A stretch of 64,000 bases of DNA from an uncultured Methanosarcinales archaeon (GCA_964414985.1 CAYPXA010000003.1:5055-69054), one strand, 5' to 3'. Counted from the first letter of the stretch, positions 1-10,277 are shown. The notes: generated by a model not told the origin, from the sequence alone. Program-made: numbers and translations.

Positions 1-959
1 TAGACTACCCTGATGACAATACAGACTACTGGCCTGCTTACTGGAACAAGCTTGACGACAAGTCAGTTCCTGAAAACTCGCCGGATTACACTATTGTTTA
101 TCCAAACTTGAGGAATATGTGCGTATCTTCATCAGGCGCAAATGTCATAATTGCCTCGCACGCACCGCAGTACGATCTTGAGATGAGGGGAAATGACCTT
201 GTAATAAGGAATTTGCAGATGGGCTATCACGACAATGGAAACATTGTTGCACTTTCATGCAATGGCGCTGCAAGCTTCTTCAGGCTGACAATTACAGAAT
301 CAGAATCTGCTCCAAGCATAGTGGGGCTTGATGAAATCATAGTTTACATTCATGAAGACCTTTCAATAAACCTTGAAAGGCATGAGTACGACCCTGACAG
401 CGCTCCAAGCCAGCTAAGCTGGTTTTACACTGCAAGATGGGACTCATTTTTGAAATTCAGCGTTTCACTTGAAGGAAAAACACTAAGGATACACCCAAGA
501 GCGCTGGGCAGCAGCGAGATAAAGCTCAGGCTTGTTGACAGCACAGGTCTTTTTGAGGAAAAAAAGGTTCCTGTAAGGGTTGTAAGGAGGGATTCTCCAG
601 CGCCTCAGCCAGCTCCTTCAGATGATGAGCCAAGCACAGGGCTTTTTGTATCCTCAATCAGGATAAGCACAAACAGCCTTAATGCAGGAGACGAGCTCAA
701 TGCATTTATCACAGTCAAGAACTCAGGTGAAAAAGACCTTGAGGATGTAAAGGTTGCAATGGTCATACAGGACTTATCAGCAAGGGGTGCTGCAGGCCCA
801 TTCGACCTTAAGAAAGGAAGGACAATGACAATACCTGTAAGGATATTCATTGACTCTGACGCAGTGATAAGCCAGAACGTTTATGATGCCAGGTTTACAA
901 TCAGCAACGGAGACGCAAGAAGGGTTGTTTACAGGGAAATAGACGTGGAAACAGATTAG
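1..959 (+). CDS. Cell-surface protein, C-terminal portion (5' end lies upstream of window); CARDB-like beta-sandwich repeats
   Basis: The reading frame is open from base 3 through the ATG at 108, so the gene starts before the window. Motifs such as ITVKNSGEKDLEDVKVAMVIQ resemble CARDB/DUF11 adhesion-type domains, which are also repeated in the next two ORFs. Confidence 0.5.
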   Translation, partial: DYPDDNTDYWPAYWNKLDDKSVPENSPDYTIVYPNLRNMCVSSSGANVIIASHAPQYDLEMRGNDLVIRNLQMGYHDNGNIVALSCNGAASFFRLTITESESAPSIVGLDEIIVYIHEDLSINLERHEYDPDSAPSQLSWFYTARWDSFLKFSVSLEGKTLRIHPRALGSSEIKLRLVDSTGLFEEKKVPVRVVRRDSPAPQPAPSDDEPSTGLFVSSIRISTNSLNAGDELNAFITVKNSGEKDLEDVKVAMVIQDLSARGAAGPFDLKKGRTMTIPVRIFIDSDAVISQNVYDARFTISNGDARRVVYREIDVETD

Positions 960-1132
960 GCAGACTAATATACATTACTCAATAATAGTAAATGACAATA
1001 ACTACTCATGTATAAAGATTCAACGAAACCTTTATATATGACTGCCTATTAATACCGGCTGAAAGAGAGGGAGAAAATGCCTTGCAAAAAGGCAAAATCA
1101 AATTCAAATAATCAAGGTGGGGGTAAGGAAAA

Positions 1133-2416
1133 ATGAACATAAAACATTTGGGACTATTGGCATTAATGCTGGTTATGGCTTCAATATTTTCAGGAGCTGC
1201 ATCAGCTGCAGACGTGCCAGTTTATGTCAAGGAAGTTAAGATTGACGGCACTTTCATAAGGCCTTATGATGTCAACAGGCTTGGAATTGAAAGGGGCGAC
1301 GAAATCGAGGTAAAAGTCGTGCTTACATCACTCGGGTCTGCTGCAAACGTACAGGTTGAGGCAGAAATCAAGGGATATGAGTATGACGACAAGGAACAGA
1401 CCTCAGACATAACCCACACATTTGATGTCGAGCCAAACGTAACATATGTCAAGACTCTCAATGTTCCAGTCCCAAGCAGGATAGAGGAAGACAGCTACAA
1501 GCTGAGGATAACAATCACAGACAGGGACAATGACGAGATAACACTCAATTACAACCTTAAGATAGACGCACCAAGGCACGAGCTTGTCATCAGAGACATT
1601 GTTCTTACACCTGAAGATGAGATAACAGCAGGAAGGGCGCTTCTCGCAACTGTAAGAGTCAAGAACATGGGAGACAGGGACGAGGACAGCGTAAAGGTCA
1701 CAGTAAGCATACCTTCACTCGGGCTTAGCGCATCAGACTACATTGATGAGGTTGAGTCAGGCGATTCTGAAACATCGCAGGAGCTCTACCTAAGGATACC
1801 AGCATGCGCAGAAGCAGGGGATTATGACGTTGTTGCAGAAGTAGAGTATGACGACGGCTATGAAGATGCTTCAAAGACTGCTTCAATCACAGTGCAGGAA
1901 AGCGATGTATGCGAAGCATCAGCAGCTGCATCATCCAGCGAGCCAGAAGTTGTAATAGGCTCAGCACTTGAGAATATTGCAGCAGGCGAAGGCGGAGCAA
2001 TCTACCCAATCACAATAACAAACAAGGCATCAGCAAGCAGGACATACTCTGTAACTGTTGACGGCCTGAACGACTGGGGAACTGCAAAGATAAGCCCAAC
2101 AAGCACAATTGTCGTAGGAGCAGGAAAGACAGAGAGCTTCTATGTATTTGTTGCAGCAAACGCAGATGCAGCAGCAGGCCAGCAGGTCTTCACTGCAACT
2201 GTCAAGCAGGGCTCAAACACAGTCAAGCAGGCAGCTCTTACAGCAAACATCGTTGAGCCTCAGGGTTCAGGATGGGGCAATGCAAGGAAAGGCCTTGAAA
2301 TTGCAGTTGTTGTGCTGGCAGGCCTTCTTGTAATACTCGCCCTTGCAATCGGCTTCAGCAGGCTCAAGGGAGAGGAAAAGGAAGACTCTGACAAAGAAAC
2401 AGAAACTTACTACTAA
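1133..2416 (+). CDS. Secreted surface protein with repeated CARDB-like domains and C-terminal membrane anchor
   Basis: N-terminal signal peptide MNIKHLGLLALMLVMASIFSGAASA. Repeated xVKNxGDRDED-type motifs. C-terminal hydrophobic segment LEIAVVVLAGLLVILALAIGF followed by an acidic tail. Confidence 0.65.
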   Translation: MNIKHLGLLALMLVMASIFSGAASAADVPVYVKEVKIDGTFIRPYDVNRLGIERGDEIEVKVVLTSLGSAANVQVEAEIKGYEYDDKEQTSDITHTFDVEPNVTYVKTLNVPVPSRIEEDSYKLRITITDRDNDEITLNYNLKIDAPRHELVIRDIVLTPEDEITAGRALLATVRVKNMGDRDEDSVKVTVSIPSLGLSASDYIDEVESGDSETSQELYLRIPACAEAGDYDVVAEVEYDDGYEDASKTASITVQESDVCEASAAASSSEPEVVIGSALENIAAGEGGAIYPITITNKASASRTYSVTVDGLNDWGTAKISPTSTIVVGAGKTESFYVFVAANADAAAGQQVFTATVKQGSNTVKQAALTANIVEPQGSGWGNARKGLEIAVVVLAGLLVILALAIGFSRLKGEEKEDSDKETETYY

Positions 2417-2458
2417 GCTTCTTTTCTTTTTTTCTTTTTTGGCTTATTTTTTTTGCCG
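2417..2458 (+). terminator. Oligo-T tract (archaeal-type terminator) after surface-protein gene
   Basis: cttcttttctttttttcttttttggcttattttttttgcc lies immediately after the stop codon. Confidence 0.4.
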
Positions 2459-2497
2459 CATTTGGGGCGCAGCCTAAAACAGGGGAAAGCAGTAAAA

Positions 2498-5400
2498 ATG
2501 AAACAAACCAAAAAACCAATTTTGATTATTGCAGCATTTTTGGTTATTCTTGCGCTTTCACTTCAGGCATCAGCGCTTTTTGAGGATTTCTCAGCTTCAT
2601 CATCACAGACAGTGTATGCAGGAGAGTGCTCTTCTTCAGCGAGCAGGATTGCTGTAAAGAACACAGGCGCAATCACTTCTTCATATTCAGTGCATCTTGA
2701 AGGAAAGGCAGCAGCATGGGCGACATATGCGCCATCTGAATTTTCCCTAAAGCCGCTTGAATCAAAGGATTTGTTTGTATACATCAGCGCACCATGCAAT
2801 GCAGAGGGCAAATACCCACTTCAGACTTACATTAAAACAGCACTCGGGCTTGAAAAGGCTCTTGAGCAGGACATAATCATAACAGAATCAAAAAACATAG
2901 AGATAACCCCTAAAGTTTACTCAAGCAAAATAAAGCCATGCGGAACAGCGTCATACAAATTTGAGCTCAGGAACACAGGTGCATTCACAGAAACATACGA
3001 GATTTCAGCATCAGGCGATTTTGCAGACAAAACAACATTCAGCCAGAGCATAATCACACTTGAAAGCGGAAAGTCAGCATCTTTTGAGATGCACGTTATT
3101 CCTCCATGCAGCAAATGGGGAGATTATTCGCTTTCATTCAATACAAAGGCAAAGCTTAGCGGAGCATCTTCAAAAACAGAGGGAATCTCGCTTGAAATCG
3201 AGAAAGACTACAGCTTTTCAATGACCTTTGGAAAGATACTTCCTTTAAGCAGCATGAGCCTAAACTCCACATCAGATGAATTTGAGGCATACGACGGAAG
3301 CTACAGGTTCTGCGAGCATGAGTCAGGATATATACCTGTTCTTGTTGAGAACAATGCAGCATTTGCAAACACATTCTACTTTGGCCTTAAAGGCGAGGAA
3401 TGGGCTTCACTTAGCGGAACTTCAGCAGAAATACCTGGAAACGGAGCTGCATACCTCAACATAATAATCAGCCCATCAATGATTGCAAACCTGGATTCGC
3501 AGATAACAGTTTCAGCAAGGACTGATTTGGGAGATGCAAGGGCATCTGCAGAAAAGCAGGTAAGCCTTGGAATATGCCACATTCCAGAGATTGCGCAATC
3601 AATCAGCAGGATAAAGACATACTACAACGCGTCATTTACAGAGATTCCAATAACAAACACAGGCTCAGAGCAGACAGAATACAGGCTTGAGGCAGAAGGC
3701 GCAGACTGGATTTCAATAACTCCAGAATCCATAGAGCTGCAGCCAGGAGAGGAAGGAAAAGCATACCTCTATCTCCAGCCGACAAATGAGACTGTAGAAG
3801 GAAGCTATGCAATTGCAGTAAAGGCATACCCTGAATGCAGCAGGCCTGCTTGCTCAACAGCATATGCAAAGCAGATTGAGGTTTCAATAAAAGAGCCAAG
3901 GCTCTCAAACATGATTTTTGACGAGTATCTTCCATTCACAATAATTTTCTTTGTGCTTCTTGCAGTGATTGCAGTCCTTATGGTGCTGTTTGCAATGCAC
4001 CTTGAAAAGACAAAGGACAAAAGGGCAAGGGCAGCAGAGAAGAGAAGCATTGCAAGGCAGAAGGCAAGGGAAGCAAAAGAAAAGGCAAGGCAGAAAAGAA
4101 TGCTGGAAAGGCAGAAGCACATTGCAGCAAGAAATGCAGAAAAGGAAAAGAGAAGGCTTGCCAGGCAGAAAGAGAAGGAAAAGGCAAGGGCTGAGCTCGA
4201 AAAGAAAAAGCTGCAGAAAAAGGCTGCAAAAGAAAAGAAGAATGCAGAGAAGGCAAAGCTTAAGGCAGAGAAGGCAAGAATAAAGGCTGAAAATGCAAAA
4301 GCCAGGGAAAAGCTTGCTGCAGAAAGGGCAAAAGCAAAGGAAGAAAAAAGAAAAGCGCTTGAGCAGAAGAGCAAAGAAAAGGAGCAGAAAGCCCAGGCAA
4401 GAAAGTCTGCTGAAAAAAGAGCGCCTTCAGCGCCATTTAAGGACAGCAAGCTGATGAAATGGCTCAAATTGGCAATTCTAATACTAATAATACTCGCAGC
4501 AGCTGCGCTTTTATCAGCTGCAGTCTATTACATCATAATTTTTGCAGCAGCAGTACTGCAGTACAAAAATTACATAATCTGGGGAGCGATAATCGCAGCC
4601 ATAATCATAATACTTCTTATCCTCATTGAATCAGCAATGCACAGGTTCTACAGGCAGGCTTCATGGAAATCAATAATGCCTGGCCAGAAGAAAGTGCTTT
4701 TTGTCAAATGGAAGAAAGGGCTTGGCGAAGTCATATTCCAGCTCAAGAAGCCTGTCCAGAATGCAAGAGTAAGCGCGAGAAAATCATTCGGCCACCCTGT
4801 TTTCCTGCAGGCAGGCGGAAAGGTCTACCAGTACTTTGGAGTCAATAAAAGCTTTGACAACAAGGATATTGAGAAAGTAAGCTTCAGGTTCAGGGTAGAT
4901 AAAAAGTGGCTTGCAAGGAACAATATCCCTTCAGATTCAGTCAAGCTTATGAGATACAACAATGAGTCCTGGACAGCAGCAGACACAAGGATGATTTCAC
5001 AGGCATCAGCATTAGGAAAATACAATTATTATGAGGCATCTTTATCTTCATGCAGCATTTTTGCAATAACAGGAAAGCCTGAGCCAAAGAAGCAGGAGAA
5101 GGAAGAGCCTAAGAAAAAGGAGAAAGAAGAGTTAAAAAAGCAGGAAGAGCTTAGGAAGCAGGAGAAGGAAGAGCTTAGGAAACAGGAAAAGGAAGAGAAA
5201 AAGGCAGAGGCAAAGAAAGTTGCTGAAAAGAAAAAGCAGCAGGAAAAGCCAAAAGCTCCAAAGAAAAAGAAGAAGACATCATTGAAATGGCTTTGGTACA
5301 CTCTTATTGCATTAATACTGCTCGTGCTTTTGGGCATAGGCATATACTATCTGGCTGTCAACTTTGATTTCAGCATTTTTGGAAGCCAGGCTGAAGAGGC

Positions 5401-6049
5401 ATTGAATGCAACATCATCACTTTCAAATGAGACTATAATTACTGCAGCGAATGCAACTTTGGCGCCTTCACTGAAGGATACTATTGAGCCTGAAGCAAAT
5501 GCAACTGTGGTGCCTGCAGTGAATGTAACCATTGAGCCTGAATTAAATGATACTTTGATACCAATTCCAAATGCAACTGCAAACATCTCATCAGAGCCAG
5601 AGCATGCAAATGAAACAGATGTTGAAGATGCAGAAAGCGAGTGGGGCATACCCACCCAGGAATGGAATGAGGACAAATCGCACGAGCTTGACCTTTCAGC
5701 ATACTTTTATGACCCTGATGACGACAGGCTTTTTTTCACCTATACAACCCTTGAGCACATACAGGTGAGCGTAGATGAGGAAGGCATTGCAACATTCACA
5801 CCAGAAAAAGACTGGCATGGCGAGGAAAAGGTCGCATTCACAGCAGAAGACGGCAAGGGAGGCCTGGCAAGCAGCAATGAATTCACATTAAGAGTTCTTG
5901 AATCTTCAGAAGAGCCTTTGATGGACAGGCTTAAGAGCAGCTTTGCAATGTACTCCAACTTTGTAATAGTTGGAATAATCCTGCTTGTATTAATCATACT
6001 TCTTATCGAGTTCAGGAAGCCGATACTTAAATTTCTTGAAGAAGACTAA
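2498..6049 (+). CDS. Giant (about 1180 aa) multi-TM surface protein with CARDB-like domains, two K/E/R-rich charged helical tracts and a glycosylation-sequon-rich stalk
   Basis: Probable ATG at 2498 (the track start at 2453 is TTG) gives signal peptide MKQTKKPILIIAAFLVILALSLQASA. There are several NTG..S-type beta-sandwich repeats. A TM helix near aa 490 is followed by a roughly 140-aa E/K/R/A tract (nt about 4010-4440), a TM cluster, a second KKQEKEE tract (nt about 5090-5290) and another TM. Nine N-x-S/T sequons occur in about 75 aa (nt about 5400-5630). A C-terminal TM helix is present. Confidence 0.55.
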   Translation: MKQTKKPILIIAAFLVILALSLQASALFEDFSASSSQTVYAGECSSSASRIAVKNTGAITSSYSVHLEGKAAAWATYAPSEFSLKPLESKDLFVYISAPCNAEGKYPLQTYIKTALGLEKALEQDIIITESKNIEITPKVYSSKIKPCGTASYKFELRNTGAFTETYEISASGDFADKTTFSQSIITLESGKSASFEMHVIPPCSKWGDYSLSFNTKAKLSGASSKTEGISLEIEKDYSFSMTFGKILPLSSMSLNSTSDEFEAYDGSYRFCEHESGYIPVLVENNAAFANTFYFGLKGEEWASLSGTSAEIPGNGAAYLNIIISPSMIANLDSQITVSARTDLGDARASAEKQVSLGICHIPEIAQSISRIKTYYNASFTEIPITNTGSEQTEYRLEAEGADWISITPESIELQPGEEGKAYLYLQPTNETVEGSYAIAVKAYPECSRPACSTAYAKQIEVSIKEPRLSNMIFDEYLPFTIIFFVLLAVIAVLMVLFAMHLEKTKDKRARAAEKRSIARQKAREAKEKARQKRMLERQKHIAARNAEKEKRRLARQKEKEKARAELEKKKLQKKAAKEKKNAEKAKLKAEKARIKAENAKAREKLAAERAKAKEEKRKALEQKSKEKEQKAQARKSAEKRAPSAPFKDSKLMKWLKLAILILIILAAAALLSAAVYYIIIFAAAVLQYKNYIIWGAIIAAIIIILLILIESAMHRFYRQASWKSIMPGQKKVLFVKWKKGLGEVIFQLKKPVQNARVSARKSFGHPVFLQAGGKVYQYFGVNKSFDNKDIEKVSFRFRVDKKWLARNNIPSDSVKLMRYNNESWTAADTRMISQASALGKYNYYEASLSSCSIFAITGKPEPKKQEKEEPKKKEKEELKKQEELRKQEKEELRKQEKEEKKAEAKKVAEKKKQQEKPKAPKKKKKTSLKWLWYTLIALILLVLLGIGIYYLAVNFDFSIFGSQAEEALNATSSLSNETIITAANATLAPSLKDTIEPEANATVVPAVNVTIEPELNDTLIPIPNATANISSEPEHANETDVEDAESEWGIPTQEWNEDKSHELDLSAYFYDPDDDRLFFTYTTLEHIQVSVDEEGIATFTPEKDWHGEEKVAFTAEDGKGGLASSNEFTLRVLESSEEPLMDRLKSSFAMYSNFVIVGIILLVLIILLIEFRKPILKFLEED

Positions 6050-6055
6050 TTAATC

Positions 6056-7204
6056 CTAAACAATTCCTAAAAAGTTTGAGATTGTGTAAAGCACTCCGAG
6101 CAGGAAAACTGCCATTATTCCATATTCAACTGCAGCAAGCCTTCTTAATGAATATTCTGGCTTTCTCTTTCCGAGCTTTATCGCCTTCTGGTATATCAGG
6201 ACAATAAGTATTCCCTCAATGCCCATTGCAAATCCGCCTGTTATGTCTATAATTCCTACAAAGCTTTTTTTAAGGATTAAGTTAAGGATGAAGAAAAAAA
6301 CAAGGGGCGGAACAACAGTCAATGCCCAGGCCCATCCCCTGCTTATCTTGTAGTCATAATTGTACATTTCCTTGAGCGCAAGGCCGAGAGTAAGGAAGCT
6401 GGTTGCCATTGCAAGCACTGCAAAAATATTTCCAAGATAGAACATCTTTGCGCCTACAACCTCTGCAAGCCCTGTAGTTGCTATCTCGCTTGTTGCAATT
6501 CCATTTGAACCTACTATAACTATGCTGAAGATTATGTAAAGCGCTGCAGGTATCAGCGAGCCTGCAATTATTGCCTTCTTGAGAAGCTTTCTGTTTTTAA
6601 TAAGCTCTTCCTTCATTTCAGGAATAGCAACAGAGCCTGCAAGAGAAAATAGGATTACGCCGAAAGGAACAAATATCATTTTTGGATTGAATACGCTTAA
6701 GTTTGCAATTTCTATCTTAGGCGCTGCAAAAACTGAAATAAGGAGTATTATTCCAACTACTATGGCTGAAAGCAGCAGCTCGCTTTTTTCAACTGCCTTG
6801 AGCCCCCTGTGCACAATATATGACATTAATGCATAAAAACCTAGGCTGTAATACAATGGGCTGCCTGTTTTGAAAAGTGCAGCAAGAATCTCACCCTCTC
6901 CTATAAAATAGGCAAGCAATGCTCCATAAATCCCGAAGACCATTGCAAATATCATAAACTTCTCGCCTGTTTTTCCGAGATAAAGCCTTGCGTATCCTGC
7001 AAGCTGGTGGTTGCCTTCAGTCCTAAGGACAACCTCTCCAAGGTAAAGATAGAGGAAAAGAACTGCTGTGCTTATCACAGCAAGGTTTGCCAGCCCTGTA
7101 AGAAACCCGGCTTGTGCTATCACATAAGGTATGCCCAGCACTCCTGCGCCTATTATTGTGCCTGTAAGAGTGGCTATTGCCGAGTAAAAGTGTTTTGACT
7201 GCAT
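6056..7204 (-). CDS. Amino acid permease (AAAP / Trp-Tyr permease-like family)
   Basis: It has 10-11 predicted TM helices. The N-terminal motif TGTIIGAGVLGIPY is typical of amino-acid/auxin permease-type transporters. Confidence 0.65.
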   Translation of the reverse strand: MQSKHFYSAIATLTGTIIGAGVLGIPYVIAQAGFLTGLANLAVISTAVLFLYLYLGEVVLRTEGNHQLAGYARLYLGKTGEKFMIFAMVFGIYGALLAYFIGEGEILAALFKTGSPLYYSLGFYALMSYIVHRGLKAVEKSELLLSAIVVGIILLISVFAAPKIEIANLSVFNPKMIFVPFGVILFSLAGSVAIPEMKEELIKNRKLLKKAIIAGSLIPAALYIIFSIVIVGSNGIATSEIATTGLAEVVGAKMFYLGNIFAVLAMATSFLTLGLALKEMYNYDYKISRGWAWALTVVPPLVFFFILNLILKKSFVGIIDITGGFAMGIEGILIVLIYQKAIKLGKRKPEYSLRRLAAVEYGIMAVFLLGVLYTISNFLGIV

Positions 7205-7291
7205 AATCCTTTTTTTCGCAATCCCCTTTAAATACTTTTTTAAAAACAGAGGCAGGCATTGTATTTAGCTTAGCTGCACTTATTGATTTTT

Positions 7292-7387
7292 CATTGCCGC
7301 GCTCCGTGACTATTATTGAACCTCTTCTGTTCAGGAGTCACCTTTTGAGAAATGTCAAACATAGATTACTTCGCTTGGCGGCAATGC
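7292..7387 (+). repeat. Family-A MITE-like element copy A1 (about 96 nt, terminal inverted repeats CATTGCCGC...GCGGCAATG)
   Basis: Near-identical to copies at 7389, 12197, 14686, 30897, 36016, 36113 and 41682. Internal palindrome GTGACT...AGTCAC. Confidence 0.85.
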
Positions 7388-7388
7388 A

Positions 7389-7484
7389 CATTGCCGCGCT
7401 CCGTGACTATTATTGAACCTCTTCTGTTCAGGAGTCACCTTTTGAGAAATGTCAAACAACAAGTACTTCGCTAGGCGGCAATGC
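7389..7484 (+). repeat. Family-A element copy A2 (tandem with A1, one base spacer)
   Basis: 96 nt and >90% identical to A1. It differs only in the segment before the right TIR. Confidence 0.85.
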
Positions 7485-7512
7485 TTTAGAACACAGGCTA
7501 CGTAACTCTAAA

Positions 7513-8169
7513 TTACCTTATGAGCTGCCTTTTCTTCAGAATTTCCTTGAACTTCTCAAAATCAGGGCTGTGCTTGAACTCCTTCAGCTTTTCAGGGTCA
7601 AGCATCTTCATGACTTTTGTTGAGATTTCTGCAATCTCCTTTATGTCCTGAATGTCCTCGGAAATCTCATCGTTTGCATCCTCAAGCTCTTCTTCAGCTC
7701 CGGTCTTTGCAAACACCTTTCCAAAAATCCTTGAGAATAAGCCTTCCTTGGAAGACTCATCTTCATAATCATCTTCAATTTCATAGTCTTCAGGAGTTGG
7801 GGCGTGCTGCTTTCCTGTTGCCTCCTCGATGACAACCTCTTTTTCAGAATCATCAGCCTGCTCTTCGTTGCTTGAGGCAGCTTTTCCCTTCAGCCATCCC
7901 CACAAAGTTTTTTTCTTTGAGCCTTCCTCAAAATCAGTTTCCATTGATTTTTCCTCCTGCTCCTGCTGGCCTTTGGATTTTTTTGGAGCTTCGCCTCCGT
8001 AAGTTTCAACTTCAGGATGCATTCGGGCTTCTTCCTTCCTGCTTTTTCTGCTGAAAGACTTTGCAAACCCCATTATGCCAGTTTTTTCCTTTTTTCTTCG
8101 AACAGAAAGATATGATGAAATGTCTTTGTCAATCTCTTTGCGCCTTTCATTGTCCTGCGTGTTGTCCAT
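7513..8169 (-). CDS. Hypothetical acidic, K/E-rich low-complexity protein
   Basis: ORF of 218 aa. No recognisable catalytic motifs. Highly charged. Confidence 0.4.
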   Translation of the reverse strand: MDNTQDNERRKEIDKDISSYLSVRRKKEKTGIMGFAKSFSRKSRKEEARMHPEVETYGGEAPKKSKGQQEQEEKSMETDFEEGSKKKTLWGWLKGKAASSNEEQADDSEKEVVIEEATGKQHAPTPEDYEIEDDYEDESSKEGLFSRIFGKVFAKTGAEEELEDANDEISEDIQDIKEIAEISTKVMKMLDPEKLKEFKHSPDFEKFKEILKKRQLIR

Positions 8170-8252
8170 GCCTGAACGAAAGCTTTAGTTATATAAAAAC
8201 TTTATGATATTGCACCAAAAAGCTTATAATCCGGATAAAGAAATGAATTGCC

Positions 8253-9149
8253 ATGGAAAAAAGGAGTGAAAACACGCTCAAAAAGACCAGCCAATGCATA
8301 AGAAGTGCAGAGTTTGCAGGCCAATTCTATGCTTCAGGCAAAGATGAGCTTAATGAAGAAATAAGGCAGTGCTTTCTTTCTGAATTCGGGCCTGGCGAGC
8401 TTCCTTCAGGCAAATTAAACAATGGGATTGCAGGCGCAATATGCCCTCATGCAGGATTTATGTTTTCAGGGCCGTGCGCAGCGCATGCCTACAAGAAGAT
8501 TGCAGAGTCTCCAAAGCCGGATACTTTTGTAATAATCGGATTAAGCCACGAAGGAATGGGCTCGTGCATCTCACTTCAGGATTGGGAAACTCCATTAGGC
8601 ATTGCAAAGAATGACATTCAGCTTTCGAAGGCAATATCCCTCAAAGGAATACCTTCAGATGAGGATGCGCACAGCCATGAGCACTCAATTGAAGTCCAGA
8701 TTCCATTCCTTCAGTTTGCCTGCAAAAACCCAAAAATTGTGCCGATTATTGCAGGCGAAGGCATGCCTCCTGAAAAGATTGGCAGTGCTGTTGCAGCTGC
8801 TGCAAAAGAGCTTGGCAGGAAAATAATAATCATTGCATCAAGCGACTTTACCCATTACGGGCCTGCATACGGCTATGCTCCTTTCGGCAAAGATGCAAGG
8901 GAAAAAATGGAAAAGCTTGACATGGGAGCAGTTCAGAAGATAACTGCGCTTGACTCAAAAGGGTTTATCAGCTATGTTAAAAAGCATGATGCAACAATCT
9001 GTGGAAGGATGCCAATTGCATCCGTAATCGAGGCAGTTAAGCTGATGGGATCAGCAAAGGCATCGCTTCTGAAATACTACACTTCAGGCGACATTTCAGC
9101 TGAAAGCGGAAACTCTGTGGGATATGCCTCCATAGTGTTTGAAAAATGA
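8253..9149 (+). CDS. MEMO1-family protein (AmmeMemoRadiSam system protein B)
   Basis: Conserved motifs GAICPHAGFMFSG, IIGLSHEG and SSDFTHYGPAYGY are characteristic of the Memo/extradiol-dioxygenase-like family. Confidence 0.8.
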   Translation: MEKRSENTLKKTSQCIRSAEFAGQFYASGKDELNEEIRQCFLSEFGPGELPSGKLNNGIAGAICPHAGFMFSGPCAAHAYKKIAESPKPDTFVIIGLSHEGMGSCISLQDWETPLGIAKNDIQLSKAISLKGIPSDEDAHSHEHSIEVQIPFLQFACKNPKIVPIIAGEGMPPEKIGSAVAAAAKELGRKIIIIASSDFTHYGPAYGYAPFGKDAREKMEKLDMGAVQKITALDSKGFISYVKKHDATICGRMPIASVIEAVKLMGSAKASLLKYYTSGDISAESGNSVGYASIVFEK

Positions 9150-9484
9150 TTCTCAACAAAAAAACAGGAAAAAAGGCAGCAGGAAATTTTAGATTCTGCA
9201 GGAGCAGCTTTTCAAAATGCCTTGGCCTGATGTTCAGGCTCAAGCCTTCAGTGCTTATTTTTGAATTTGATAAGGAGCAGAAAGTTCCGCTTCACATGCT
9301 TTTTGTGTTCTTTCCAATAGACGTGATTTATCTTGACAGCGCAAAAAAAGTTGTTGAGCTCAAAGAAAATTTCAGGCCTTTCTCATTCTACAGCCCTTCA
9401 ATAAAATCAAAGTATGTTATTGAGCTGCCTGCAGGCTCAATAAAAAGTTCTGGGACAAAAAAAGGCCACACCCTGGCTTTCTGA
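9146..9484 (+). CDS. DUF192-family protein
   Basis: Overlaps the upstream stop by 4 nt (operon). The C-terminal YVIELPAG motif is typical of DUF192/COG1430. Confidence 0.55.
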   Translation: MILNKKTGKKAAGNFRFCRSSFSKCLGLMFRLKPSVLIFEFDKEQKVPLHMLFVFFPIDVIYLDSAKKVVELKENFRPFSFYSPSIKSKYVIELPAGSIKSSGTKKGHTLAF

Positions 9485-9487
9485 TCT

Positions 9488-10183
9488 TTAAATGCTGTTT
9501 TGTATGAATCCCCTAATTGCATCCCCAAAATAAGCGTTGAGTGTTGCAAGCAGCAGAAGCTTTGCAGTGATTCCTATTGTCGAGAATATAAAGAATTTTT
9601 TGAAAGAATAACGTGCAGCTCCAACAACAACAGAAACCGGCTGGATTGGAAATAAAAGCATGTTTCCGAAAAGAAGCACTGCAGCTCCCCATTTTGTGAC
9701 AAGCTTGTGGAACTTTTCGAACTTGTCTCCAACAATCATTTTGACCAGCCGTGTCCCAAAAGCAAATCCAAAAATATAGTTAATGCTCATTCCCATCATA
9801 TAGCCGATAACTGCAAGTATCACCAGGAAAGGAAGAGAATATCCAAGAGTAAGATAATAAAGGAATACAGCTTCCTGGGGAAGGAACACAAAAAACAGCG
9901 CTCCAAAGAAGCTTATGTAAAACAGGCCGAGAATTGTCTTTTGGGAGATTTCTCCTGCAATATGCGAAATTACAGACCACACATAAGGGTTCATTTTAAG
10001 CAGGGCCAGGATTTCATCCTGGTAAAAAAGGTAAGCCAGGTATACTATTGAAATCAGGATTACTGCAATAAACAGCTTGTCAAGAAGGCCTGTCTTGCTC
10101 TCTGATTTATGATGCACATGCTTAATATGAGCAGGTTCATGCTGAGGAATGTGAGAGCTGTGCAATTCATGCTTTTTTTCCAT
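9488..10183 (-). CDS. DedA/VTT-family membrane protein with His-rich N-terminal tail
   Basis: Multi-TM. The FGNMLLFPIQPVSVVVGAARYSFKKFFIFSTIG segment matches the DedA R-x-P...G-x-x-R-x-F signature. The N-terminus HELHSSHIPQHEPAHIKHVHHK is His-rich. Confidence 0.6.
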   Translation of the reverse strand: MEKKHELHSSHIPQHEPAHIKHVHHKSESKTGLLDKLFIAVILISIVYLAYLFYQDEILALLKMNPYVWSVISHIAGEISQKTILGLFYISFFGALFFVFLPQEAVFLYYLTLGYSLPFLVILAVIGYMMGMSINYIFGFAFGTRLVKMIVGDKFEKFHKLVTKWGAAVLLFGNMLLFPIQPVSVVVGAARYSFKKFFIFSTIGITAKLLLLATLNAYFGDAIRGFIQNSI

Positions 10184-10277
10184 AATTCCAATTCTATAGC
10201 TTGACTTTTAAAAACTTTGTGCAAAAGCAACATTTTTATAAATGGCGCAGTTTTTTCATATATGCCCAGGTTATAAT

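Noticed and set aside
3805-4467. Minus-strand ORFs (220 aa, 92 aa and others) and the plus-strand 104-aa ORF antisense to or out of frame within the K/E-rich tract of the giant surface protein. Similar S/F-rich antisense ORFs lie opposite the 789-aa coiled-coil gene (59991-61919).
   Set aside because: They are low-complexity translations (poly-S/F/L/A) of the complement of GAA/AAG-rich coding sequence. They have no start context or motifs and are overlapped by a far longer coherent ORF.
7292-7484. Tandem repeats considered as a possible CRISPR array (also 36016-36206).
   Set aside because: The units abut directly with no unique spacers. The repeats are about 95 nt, which is too long. Each unit has its own terminal inverted repeats, and identical units occur singly elsewhere. 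No cas genes are present. They are interpreted as MITE-like elements instead.
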